Assembly: GCA_964016885.1 (NCBI GenBank)
Contig: OZ024740.1
Span: 148,986,001-149,050,000 of the forward strand
DNA: 64,000 nt
DNA from: Eledone cirrhosa
Lineage: Eukaryota
Direction of reading: 5' to 3'
The position numbers were made by a program, and so were the translations under genes. This document shows, one piece after another, positions 1 to 14,599 of the stretch. Under the pieces are notes generated by a model. The model searched no databases and was not told where the DNA came from. It saw only the letters and a list, made by a program, of their open reading frames with translations. The first letter of the stretch is position 1. Each line of letters begins with the position of its first letter.

Positions 1-287
1 GATCCATCTGCCCGATGCACCATGTCCGCTTAATACGGCTTTTGGAGGAAGGAGTGACCAGCAGTTCGTTGTTCGGTATTATTACGAAGAGGTGTAGCAG
101 AGAATCCCGCGTACACTAACAGCTCTTTAGGAAACTGCTTACCTCGAAGATTCATTCGCCATCGTTCTTGTCAACCCTCCGTTTAGTTGGTATTTGTTGG
201 TCTACAGTTAGATGAACGGCGCACAAAGGGTTAATGTTTACTGGCAAGAAGTGGCAACTGGGCTGGCTTGCCTCGCTTATATTATAT

Positions 288-712
288 ATTAAAATAACAG
301 ATTAAAGTTTAAGCAAAGAATCGCTGCTTTCACCCTTAACGGGATCTTCTGAAACTAATAAAATCAATCTGTAAACTCAGAAGTAAATATTTCGAAAAAC
401 GTTGCAGCCGAAGGAAAACAGGAAGACGATACTTTGGTTCGTGAAGACGTTCCCTGACAATGAACGGAAAATAGCAAACATAATACGTCATCAGTGTTTG
501 TCATAATGTCGTAACTCAGACAGCCAGGCATACAGACAGATATTATAAGAGCGCGTCGGAGATCGATAACCGGCGGCTAACACCACTTTAACAACAAAAA
601 ATTGAAAAATAAAAGCTGCAGTTAATATCTTTAGACCGCACGGAATATATAAATGCAAGGTTGAAGTCAATCGGAGTAGAAATGTGGATTTGTATAGTCT
701 TTGCAAAAATGA
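288..712. repeat. Dispersed non-coding repeat between a TA stub and (CA)n; its first ~140 bp recur at 8820-8962
   Basis: ATTAAAATAACAGATTAAAGTTTAAGCAAAGAATCGCTGCTTTCACCCTTAACGGGATCTTCTGAAACTAA is shared by 288-430 and 8820-8962. Confidence 0.7.
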
Positions 713-714
713 GG

Positions 715-844
<130 letters not shown>

Positions 845-2142
845 CTACAGTTGATTAATTACAAATTAAATATTTTATCAAAACTATAATTTAATATTAT
901 AAATATAATTCATTGTAATAATTCTAAAATCATTATAATAGAAATTCGTTAATAAATGCCTTCAAATTAGCAATATCGCAATTTTCTGGAGGTACAAAGA
1001 CAAATACCTCCAAGTATGCCGCATGTTATAATCTTATTGCACCCTGTCTTGAATTGGCTGTGATATGAATATTATGTCGAGCATTTGACATTTCATTAAC
1101 TATTATGATTCACTTTTCCGTACAACTTCGTTAAGAATATAATTTGCTAAGCATGATTTAATGATGTAAATGTCATGATAGAACACCTCGTTTCTCATCT
1201 CAGGAATGCATTCAACCATTCAGCCACTCAACCTGTATATAAGAAATTTATTTTGTAATTATACTTATTTAAAGCTTGTCCACTCATCTTAAGATATACT
1301 TGTTCCATGCATGAGCACGTAAGTGGTTCTAGAGCACCGATAGCTGTTTCATATTTCCATAACAAGCAGTGCAAATGTATCCCACCTCACGTATCACGTG
1401 GCACACTATTGTTTGTTTTGTCTGGTGAGTGGATATTTAAATGTCATTTTAGAAAGACGTGGCACTGACATGACTTACAAAAAATATGGCATATTAACGT
1501 GTCTGCTACAATGACGTTTGTGTAATTTGGAACTGTATGAAAATGAGTTATGAGATGTGAGGTGAAGTCAGCTTTAGAAAAGCAAATTTTACCCCTTATT
1601 CATCAGTTGAAGGATGTATCGATTTCTATATTTAGCAGTGTTGTTTTTCCGTAACTCGCTTTTAACTTTTGCACAAGTTCGTTTGTTTTCTTCAAAATCT
1701 ATTACCCCAAACAGGTTATTTTGTCTCCATTTATTTCTGTCAAGAACAATAGATCCATCACATTTGTATTGTATATTAAACTCTTTACTTAAGACTAGAC
1801 GTAGCAAGTATTTAAAATGTGTTTTTTGCAGTTTTCCCTTCCCAACAGAAAGTTCACCCTAAAACACTGCGTAGGAATGAACTCACCCCACCCCCACCCC
1901 TTCCCATCCATATTATGAGTCTCGTCCATATCAGTTGTTTGGAAACAAGCATAGATTCCAGCTCTTTCTAAAACCTCTAAATGGGATAAACGCTTCCCAG
2001 CTATATATATACTCATACACATAGACACACGCACATATATGTATATACACACATAGACACATAGACACACATTCACGGACACACACACACACACACACAC
2101 ATATATGTATATACACACATAGACACATAGACACACACACAC

Positions 2143-2188
<46 letters not shown>

Positions 2189-2279
2189 CAATTTTTTTTT
2201 CATATATCAAGTTAAGAAACAAATCTAGAATTATGAACATATATATAGAAAATGAATGCACTCATTTAGATTACAAAAT

Positions 2280-5708
<3,429 letters not shown>

Positions 5709-5957
5709 GAAAGGTATAGAAAGTATTGTAGCAAGAAGCCAACAGTATTCCATAATATATAAGTGACTATAGCGTCAGAATGGGAAAATACTTAACGTAA
5801 GATGTGGTAAAAATAATTCAAACTCAATTCAAAAAGAATCAGGATATAGATTTATCCAACAGAATTTAGTGAAATCGAGGGAGAAATCAATAGAGCCTTA
5901 CCTCATGATAAAATAAAGTTTAAAATACTCATCCTTCAATTTGGGACAACTACAAAT

Positions 5958-6039
5958 GCTCTGTATAGTCTTGAAAAGACTATTTCACGAAAACTTTCAG
6001 TGGTGATGGTCACGGTTGGAATCCGATCGTCAGCAGAGC
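5958..6039 (-). ncRNA. Type I hammerhead ribozyme (copy 1)
   Basis: Minus strand: GCTCTG-CTGACGA-[T CGGA...TTCG T]-GAA-ATAGTCTT(TTC)AAGACTAT-A-CAGAGC. Stem I is 6 bp, stem III is 8 bp, cleavage triplet AUA. Confidence 0.85.
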
Positions 6040-6242
6040 TCAACACGATAGCCAAATTCTCACTGATTAATATGCCAAAAAGAGAATTTAAAAGCAGGCT
6101 AGTTTAACATCATGTGTGATTATGAAAATAAAACGCACATGTGGAAAAACAGGGCTGGTGACGTCAGAATGAAACGAATGTATGTTTACATGAAACAACA
6201 GTCAAAAACATTCCAAAAAAAACTCTACAATAAGGAGTTCAG

Positions 6243-6307
<65 letters not shown>

Positions 6308-6556
6308 GAAAGGTATAGAAAGTATTGTAGCAAGAAGCCAACAGTATTCCATAATATATAAGTGACTATAGCGTCAAAATGGGAAAATAGCTAACGTAAG
6401 ATGTGGGGAAAATATTCAAACTCAATTCAAAAAGAATCAGGATATATATTTATCCAAAAGAATTTAGTGAAATCCAGGGAGAAATCAATGGAGCCTTACC
6501 TCATGATAAAATAAAGTTTAAAATACTCATCCTTCAATTTGGGACAACTACAAATT

Positions 6557-6637
6557 CTCTGTATAGTCTTGAAAATACTATTTCACGAAAACCTTCAGTG
6601 GTGATGGTCACGGTTGGAATTCGATCGTCAGCAGAGC
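6557..6637 (-). ncRNA. Type I hammerhead ribozyme (copy 2)
   Basis: Same fold: CTCTG/CAGAG stem I, CTGACGA core, stem II base CGAA/TTCG, GAAA, stem III with one mismatch, AUA triplet. Confidence 0.8.
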
Positions 6638-6840
6638 TCAACACGATAGCCAAATTCTCACTGATTAATATGCCAAAAAGGGAATTTAAAAGCAGGCTAG
6701 TTTAACATCATGCGTGATTATGAAAATAAAACGCACATGTGGAAAAACAAGGCTGGTGACGTCAAAATGAGACGAATGTTTGTTTACATGAAACAACAGT
6801 CAAAAACATTCCGAAAAAAACTCTACAATAAGGAGTTCAG

Positions 6841-6964
<124 letters not shown>

Positions 6965-6969
6965 TATAT

Positions 6970-7784
6970 ATACTATTAATAATGAGTTCAAAACTCAGGC
7001 AGTCCTTTACAATGAAATAGCTCAAAGAAAGAAGTATTTCTGAGCTGTGTAATACAAGTTAATATAAATTAATATATTTGATAAACACAAATACCAACAT
7101 ATCTATGTTTGTATTGTAAACGACTAAGTTAGCTAGATTGAAAAATACTAATTATTATCATACAGTTTGCCTGTCTAATACAAACATGGATATGTTGGTA
7201 TTTGTGTTTATCAAATATATTAATTTATATTAACTTGTATTACACGGCTCATAAATACTTCTTTCTTTGAGCTATTTCATTGTAAAGGACTGCCTGAGTT
7301 TTGAACTCATTATTAATAGTATCACTGCTCCTTACGTAGAGCTAAATTTAGCCCCATATAAACGGCTGTTATTTCTAGCAGCACGAGTATGGGGCAGCTA
7401 GACACTGGATAACCATGTGTGAAAAACCATGTGCGTTAAACAGTCTTTTTAAATATTTTGAAGTGAAACATACCAATTTTTCTGGTGCTTGCTGAGGAGA
7501 TAGAAATGCGGTATTCTTTCACTTTTTCATTTTTCAAAACTTATTTGGATTTTAAGGTTTAAACCTGTCTACGGAACAGGTTTGATTTTGAAATTTAAAT
7601 TTGTCCAAGCACCACGGCCATTTGCCAATATGCTTTGTTTTTATTGATTTATTATTTTAAATCGAGACAGGCAAACTGTATTATAATAATTAGTATTTTT
7701 CAATCTAGCTAACTTAGTCGTTTACAATACACACATGGATATGTTGGTATTTGTGTTCATCAAATATATTAATTTATATTAACT

Positions 7785-7788
<4 letters not shown>
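6970..7788 (+). mobile_element. (TA)n-flanked non-autonomous element: ~550-bp terminally redundant unit (7177-7788) preceded by an inverted partial copy (6970-7176)
   Basis: 7177-7240 repeats at 7726-7788. 6970-7176 is the reverse complement of a sequence running across the unit end-start junction. HHR-like motif at 7483-7614. Confidence 0.75.
7483..7614 (+). ncRNA. Hammerhead-like motif with long stem II
   Basis: TGGTGCTTG-CTGAGGA ... ~90 nt ... GAAA-TTTAAATTT-GTC-CAAGCACCA. A perfect 9-bp stem I brackets the core and the GUC triplet; stems II and III are imperfect. Confidence 0.6.
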
Positions 7789-7847
<59 letters not shown>

Positions 7848-8248
7848 AGCGAGAATCGCATTTCGGCCGGTAGAAAAAGCGAAACGAAACGAAAAAAAAT
7901 AATATATATATATATATTTATATATATATTTATATATATTTATATATATATTTATATATATATTTATATATATTTATATATATATTTATATATATATTTA
8001 TATATATATATTTATATATATATTTATATATTTATATATTTATATATATATATATACAGATAAAACCACCAATCAATGGTAGGGTCTAAGCCGTATGAAG
8101 AACTCAATGTAATCCTTATGTAGAAGATGTCGTGAAGCAAAGTTTAAAATACAAAATGTCAACGATATAATTCATTGGATACAGAGTCAAAAATACAAAT
8201 AGTGAAAACAATGAAATTAAACAAAAAATGGTTAATTCATAGTACTCA

Positions 8249-8377
8249 TTATTTTACAATCGTTTCTGGGGGATAGTTCCCCGTATGTTCATTCTATTTT
8301 TGATCTATGTAAAATATATTATAAAATATCATATTAAGAAAATATACATACCTCTTAACTACCTTCTTCAGAAATAA
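8249..8377 (-). ncRNA. Hammerhead ribozyme with long stem II
   Basis: Minus strand: TTATTT-CTGAAGA-aGGTAGTT...AACTATCCccca-GAAAC-GATT-GTA-AAATAA. Confidence 0.65.
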
Positions 8378-8507
8378 TTTCTGAAGACCGCGGGTAGTTA
8401 AGACGTATGTATATTTTCTTTCTATGATATTTTAGAATATATTTTAAATAGATCAATAATACAATGAACATACGGGGAACTATCCCCCAGAAACAATCGT
8501 AAAATAA
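8375..8507 (+). ncRNA. Hammerhead ribozyme with long stem II (other arm)
   Basis: ATTT-CTGAAGA(8381)-..GGGTAGTT...AACTATCCC..-GAAAC(8490)-AATC-GTA-AAAT. The consensus of the two arms gives a palindromic stem III, ACGATCGT. Confidence 0.6.
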
Positions 8508-8702
8508 TGAGTTTTACTATGAATTAACCGTTTTTTGTTTAATTTCATTGTTTTCACTATTTGTATTTTTGACTCTGTATCCAATGAATTATATCGTTGA
8601 CATTTTGTATTTTAAACTTTGCTTCACGACATCTACATACGGATTACATTGAGTTCTTCATACGGCTTAGACCCTACCATTAATTGGTGGATTTATCTGT
8701 AT

Positions 8703-8805
<103 letters not shown>

Positions 8806-9054
8806 GATATATATCAATTATTAAAATAACAGATTAAAGTTTAAGCAAAGAATCGCTGCTTTCACCCTTAACGGGATCTTCTGAAACTAACAAAGTCAAT
8901 CTGTGAACGCGGAAGTGAATATTTCAAAAAACATTGCAACCGGAGGAAGACAGGAAGACGATATATATATATGCAAACAATCATGTAGCACCGTCAAACA
9001 CAAATCCAAACGCAGATACACCCAGAGCAAACGAAATGCAATCATAGAATGCCT

Positions 9055-9217
9055 ATTTTTGGCACAAGGCTAGCAATTATCCCAGTGTATTACTGGTGCT
9101 TTATTCTATCGGCCCCGTAAGGATGAAAGGCGAAGTTAACCTCGGTGGGATTTGAACTCAGACAATAAAGGGCCGTAACTCTTTGATGCAAAGCATGGCG
9201 TCAAACCCTCTACCGAC
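9055..9217 (-). mobile_element. tRNA-derived SINE with Nin/Deu-like core
   Basis: Reverse complement of the 11400 SINE: B-box GAGTTCAAATCCC, core GCCTTTCATCCTTACGGGG-CGATA. Confidence 0.8.
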
Positions 9218-9430
9218 ATAAATAATACACTCACAACACAAAGCAAACAATGAATAAAACATCTAGTGGATAAGACCATCGCATTCCAAAAAATGCAAAA
9301 CCAAAGGCGGTCATGAACTAAATGTCTATAATCCTTACCTCAGACATCATCCATACTTCCCAGCCCCTAACCCGTTCTAGATATGAATATTTGGTTGACG
9401 GACCTTTTCAAACTGCAGCCGTCAAATATG

Positions 9431-9561
<131 letters not shown>

Positions 9562-9899
9562 GGTAAACAGAAATAACAACATTCTTCACCAGAAGAAAGA
9601 ATGAGAAATTAGAAAGATTGAAGAGACGGGTATGGTAGAATCGGAAAAAAATGATTTTAGAGAAAAATAACAGGTCCATTCATGTTGACATCTCTTGGAA
9701 AACTGTTGATGCTTGCGTTTTGTGTATGATATACGTTTTTAAGGAAAGAGGATGATGGAGCGCGTCTATCTGAAATAGAAAAAAAAAGCAATTTTGTATA
9801 TAGAGTTATGCGTGTGCGCGTGCGTATGCGTGTGTGTATGTGTGTGTGTGAGTGTGTTTGTGTGTGTGTGCGCGTGTATAGAGCTGTGAAGGTAAAAGT

Positions 9900-11030
9900 A
9901 GTGTTGTGTGTGCGTATTTAGTTGGTCTGTATCAGCTGTACGAGTTTTTGACCATAAGAGAGCCATAGAAAACTAGGGGTGAATGTACAAGCACGTGTGT
10001 GATAACGGATGGGGTAAACGTGACGGGGGGGGGGGGCAACGAAGTAGGGAAGTAAGCAGGAACGTACATGTGTAATATTAAAGAAATTAGGAAGAGGGGG
10101 GGGGGGGGATTGAGTCAATGAGGAAAAGAGCACCAAGGCGGTAAATCAGACTCTGTTCACTCCTGGGGCGCGAGGCCTGTAATCCGTGATGTAAAGGAAT
10201 GAGACATGTAGGGAAGAGTGACCTGGGGAACGGAAATGACGGACCATGGAAGTATCAATAACGAGTCGTATGTCCCTCAAATGTTCAGCAAAACGGTCCG
10301 CCAAACGGCGTCCCGTTTGTCCGATGTATAAGGACCTGGAAAGGGAATGCCAGAGGGCATAGATAACGTGGGTGAGGGAGTGGCGGATACGGAATGAACC
10401 TGTGAGAGTGGTGAGGTTGGAAATGAAAGAACAGATGTTACAGCGGGGATGCGATCAATAATGAGAGCCGGTAGGAATCGTAGGAGAGGACAAGAAGGAA
10501 CTGCGTACCAGGAAGTCGCAGAGATTACGGGTGAGTTAGGAAAGAAGCGAGAAGTGACGGTATCAGAAGAGAGATTGCGGAAGAAACGGGAAATATATCA
10601 CCGGAGAGATAGGGTGATGGGGTGGTAGGTGAGAGGGGAAAGGAAGGTTGGTGTTGGGAGGGCACCTGTGTGGTGAGAGGGCTGTTTTAGGTCGGTTTCA
10701 CGGGCGCCAGTGAGAGCAGCTTAGATCAGGGTGGGGGAATATCCACGTTGGATGAAGTGGGAGGTCATGTGAAGGGAATGGGTTTCGAAATCGTAATCTT
10801 GGCTACAGAGCCGACGAAGACGGCGGAACGGCGAATAGGGTACTGAGAGTTTAGTGTGGGTTGAATGGGATGAGATGAAGTCGAGGTAAGAGTGGGAGTC
10901 AGTAGGTTTATAGAAGATGGAAGTAGAGAGGGTGTGGTGAGTGTGACCGACAGTGAGAAAGATATCAAGAAAAGGGACAGAATAATTGGGACGGGTTGGT
11001 GAAAGTAAGAGCGGGATGAAAAGATTGAAC
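9900..11030 (-). mobile_element. Penelope/Poseidon-type PLE 3' fragment
   Basis: VPFLDI..STSIFYKPTDSHSYLDFISSH..RLRRLCS..RGYS (RT thumb region) and YIGQTGRRLADRFAEH (GIY-YIG) at ~10280-10330. Confidence 0.85.
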
Positions 11031-11109
11031 GAAAGATAGAAAGCAGTCGAGCTGTTTACGTGATAGAGAGGTGGTGCATATGCAGTTGTCGCTATAACGA
11101 CCATATAGC

Positions 11110-11612
11110 TCAGGATGCGCAAAGACGGACACAAAAATAAATAAATAAATAAAATAAAAATGGCGTAAACATTACAATGCTATACAATAGGAGGGAACAC
11201 GATGATGTTTCAGAAGTGCAACGAAAGAACTTTGTTATATATATATTTATATCTGTATTTTTAACCGTTGGTCAGTCAATGATAAACATTGATTGCCAAA
11301 TAAATTAATTCTGGAGATATAAAAGATACAGAAGCGAAAACCAACCAAACAGTGAGTGTGTTCTGTTATTATTTCTGGCAATATTATTACAACAATATGG
11401 CGGTGAATTGGCAGTATCGGTAGAGCATCAGGCACCATGCTTTACATATTAGAGTTATGGCCCTTTACGTTCTGAGTTCAAATCCCGCCGAGGTTAACTT
11501 TGCCTTTCATCCTTACGGGGTCGATAAAATAGAGTACCAGTAATGCTCTGGGATTATTGCTGGCCTTGTGCCTAAAGTAGAAACAATTATTACAACAATA
11601 TGACCCTCCCAA
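11110..11612 (+). repeat. Solo PLE terminal repeat (inverted relative to 12822-13140), interrupted by a SINE
   Basis: Reverse-complement similarity to 12822-13140, e.g. GATACAGAAGCGAAAACCAACCAAACAGTGAGTGTG. Degenerate HHR at 11196-11236. Confidence 0.7.
11400..11585 (+). mobile_element. tRNA-derived SINE with Nin/Deu-like core and 17-bp TSD
   Basis: A-box-like TGGCAGTATCGG, B-box GAGTTCAAATCCC, core GCCTTTCATCCTTACGGGGTCGATAAAATAGAGTACCAG. TSD ATTATTACAACAATATG at 11383-11399 and 11586-11602. Confidence 0.88.
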
Positions 11613-12518
11613 AGTATAACAATATATATATATATATATGGGAATATTTTGAATAAAATCTTTACGTCTGAGTCAAGGCTATCATAACAATTAAAACCCA
11701 CAGCCGATCATCTCAGAAACATGTGTTACGTTCGGTATTGAATAAAAATACTTGAATGGGAGATATCGTTGGCCTCAGCCGGATGGCTGAAACAGGTAAA
11801 AGAGTATATATTTATATATATATATATATATATGTGTAGAGAGAGAGAGAGAGAGAGAGAGTGCAATTATCAACTGTAATAATAGCGAATGTGTGTATAA
11901 TTATTAATTCATATATTTGTCACACAAAGGGCGATGAGAGAGGAAGGACGGTTATTGACACAAATTTAGAAAAGATGAATCAGCATTCTTGTGTGAGAAT
12001 ATGTGTAGCGAATTGGATATTACTATTATGTAAATTTTTGTGTGAGTGTATGAGTATGAGTTAGTGTGTATATGTGTTTACATCATTTGTGTGAGTGTAC
12101 GTGTGTTTGCATATGCGTGTTTACACTAGTGTTAGTGTATGTGTATTTGTGTGTTTATATTTATATACTCATACATATAAATGTGTACATCTATATATTA
12201 GCTCGGTTATTTATGCTAGGTGCGGCTAGATTTTTCACAAAAGAACATTTTTATAAAAGAATTATTAAACAAAAAAACTTGGTTTCGTACCATTTTAAAT
12301 ATAAAATACTACAATTAGTCGTTAATTTTGACACCATGGGGGCTAGTATATATATATATAATAGCTAGTATATATATATATTATAAAGAGTCGAGCCCCG
12401 ACAGCTGAGCTCTTCCCGTTTCAACAGCTTTATAATATAGCAATATTCTACTACCTCAATTATCGACTACTCTGATGAGTATTGGTCTAACCAGTTTCAT
12501 ACTAAATCCAACCTTATT

Positions 12519-12585
<67 letters not shown>

Positions 12586-12821
12586 GTGTGTATGTGGGTG
12601 TATATACCGTGTGTATCTATTACTATGCTGAACGGAGCACAAGAGATTCTGCTACAGGTGCGTGACTTGATTCCATGCACTTTACTCTAAACATGTCTGT
12701 ACCAACATTCCGGGAATCTTCTTTAGAGCCCTCGGAATTTGTGATGAACATCAGCTAACGATTTCCTTGTTACGAACATTATTCTGTACGTTATTTGAAT
12801 GGAGACACTCCACCTTCATAT

Positions 12822-13770
12822 AGGGGAGGGTCATATTGTTGTAATAATATTACCAGAATTAATAACAGGACACACTCACTGTTTGGTTGGTTTTCGCTTC
12901 TGTATCTTTTATATCAGTTACTTTATTCGGTCCTCAATGTTACCATTGACTGACCAACGGTCAAAAATACAGATAGACACAAACACATATATATAGTCTA
13001 ACAAAGCTCTTTCGTTGCACATCTGCAACATCGTCAGTGGTGCTATTATGTTTCCTCCTGTTGTATTGTATGTCTACGCCATCTTTATTTAATCTGTTTA
13101 TTTATTTATTTATTTATTTTTGTTTTCTTATCTGCGCATGCGTGTGTGTATAGTGTTTGATGTGTGTTCGCGTTTGGGTGATTGTGTTTTGGTCATTGTA
13201 TTCTATCTTAGTTTACTAGTGTGTGTTTATATGTGTTTGTTGTTATTGTGCTTGTGTATATATTTATTTATTTATTTCTATTTCTCTTAAGTCAGTATTG
13301 TTTGTTTGGGTGTTGTTATTCCATTCATTTTTCTCTGTTTAGCTTTGGCCTTCTAACTTCTATTTCACTGGCCTCTCTGATTTGCCTATCTGCTGGGTCA
13401 TATCTATGTTTAGATATTATTCTAATTTCTATGTTGTCTATGTTTCCGTCATGTTGTTGTCTGGCTTGTTCGTATAGTACTGAACCGTTTTTTCGTCATT
13501 TTAGTCCTCCCCCCCCCCCCCCTCCACCCAGTGTTGGTCTATCCTTTCACCTATGCTACGAGCTGTCTCGCCTATGTATGTTGTTGTCATGTTTCTGCAA
13601 GTACCCTCTGTACATCTTATGCTATAGACTACATTTCTAGTTTTGCAGTTTATCCGGGGGTTTACTTTACATATAATCCATTTCCTATTAGTACAGTGGG
13701 TTTTCTTAAAAGGGTATGTTTTGCTGATCAGGTATTTTATGGTGGTTCCTTTTTACAAATTTAGCATCCT
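12822..13770 (-). mobile_element. PLE 3' fragment (GIY-YIG + terminal repeat with HHR-like motif); not in the ORF track
   Basis: Manual minus-strand translation: INCKTRNVVYSIRCTEGTCRNMTTTYIGETARSIGERIDQH ... RQIREASEIEVRRPKLNR. CTGACGA-T-GTTGCA-GATG-TGCAAC-GAAAGAGCTT at ~13005-13041. Confidence 0.8.
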
Positions 13771-13793
13771 CACTTTTACCTTATTTTTGACAG

Positions 13794-13956
13794 ATCTAGG
13801 CCATGATACAAAAGTTAATTAGAAATTTTACACAGGAAATCCAAACATAAAATATACACAAAAATATACACACAAGTTTAAAACAAACAGACAGGATTTT
13901 TAATATTGAGATGAACTTTCAATACCTTTTCTTGAGTACAGACAACAAGAAACCTG
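13794..13956 (+). other. Candidate non-coding 5' exon of the SLCO gene
   Basis: Pyrimidine tract plus CAG acceptor at 13791-13793 and a strong CTG|GTAAGT donor at 13957. The first coding exon has its own acceptor, so an upstream exon is needed. No transcript evidence. Confidence 0.4.
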
Positions 13957-14599
13957 GTAAGTAAATTACGATTTTATAATATTAATCTCAAGAACGAAAG
14001 ATAAATATTTTATAACGTCAGAAGTTTCTTTTTTTATTTAAAATATGTACTTATGTTTAAAAGGATACAAAAATAAACCCAAATTTGCCAAGCAAACAAC
14101 GCTAAGTTAAGATGCCGTAGGATAGTAGCAATAAATATTTTCAAATTAAAATATTTACCACCTCCGTTACACCAAGGATATTCCCTATATAAAGTCGTTT
14201 AATATACTAATTTGTCAACAATGCCAAATGATTCTGTTTCGAATATAATCATATATGAAGTGAAATACTTCAAAGTATGACGTATGTTATAATCCGTTTT
14301 ATGTAGGCTATGACATGAATATTGTCTGGAGCATTTGAAATGGCTTTCTTCAATAGAACCTCGTTGAGGATATACGTTAATAAGTGTGATTTAATGATAT
14401 AAATTCTACGGCTGACTTCCGCTGTCTTCTTGTAAGAAATTCATTACATAATTCAGACATTTGACTCGTATATCTAACTAAATATAATGTGGTTATTTTA
14501 TAGTATGTATCATTGCGTATTCTACAGCTTGAAAATACCATCTAATAACTGGTCATATACCTTTGAGTGTCATGTGGGTAGAGTTCACAAGAACGCATT

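Larger units (their letters stand above)
8056..8700. repeat. ~645-bp palindrome in (TA)n with a hammerhead in each arm, joined at the ribozyme 5' end
   Basis: Arms 8056-8373 and 8378-8700 are imperfect reverse complements. The centre reads TCTTCAGAAATAATTTCTGAAGA. Confidence 0.9.

Noticed and set aside
470-500. Minus-strand CTGATGA flanked by CAAACA/TGTTTG
   Set aside because: There is no GAAA or stem III between the core and the stem I arm, so it is not a complete hammerhead.
6403-6705. 100-aa ORF in the tandem unit
   Set aside because: It is broken by stops in the sister copy and has no recognisable domain.
12468-12505. CTGATGAG followed by a small hairpin
   Set aside because: No downstream GAAA-stem III-NUH on the same strand.
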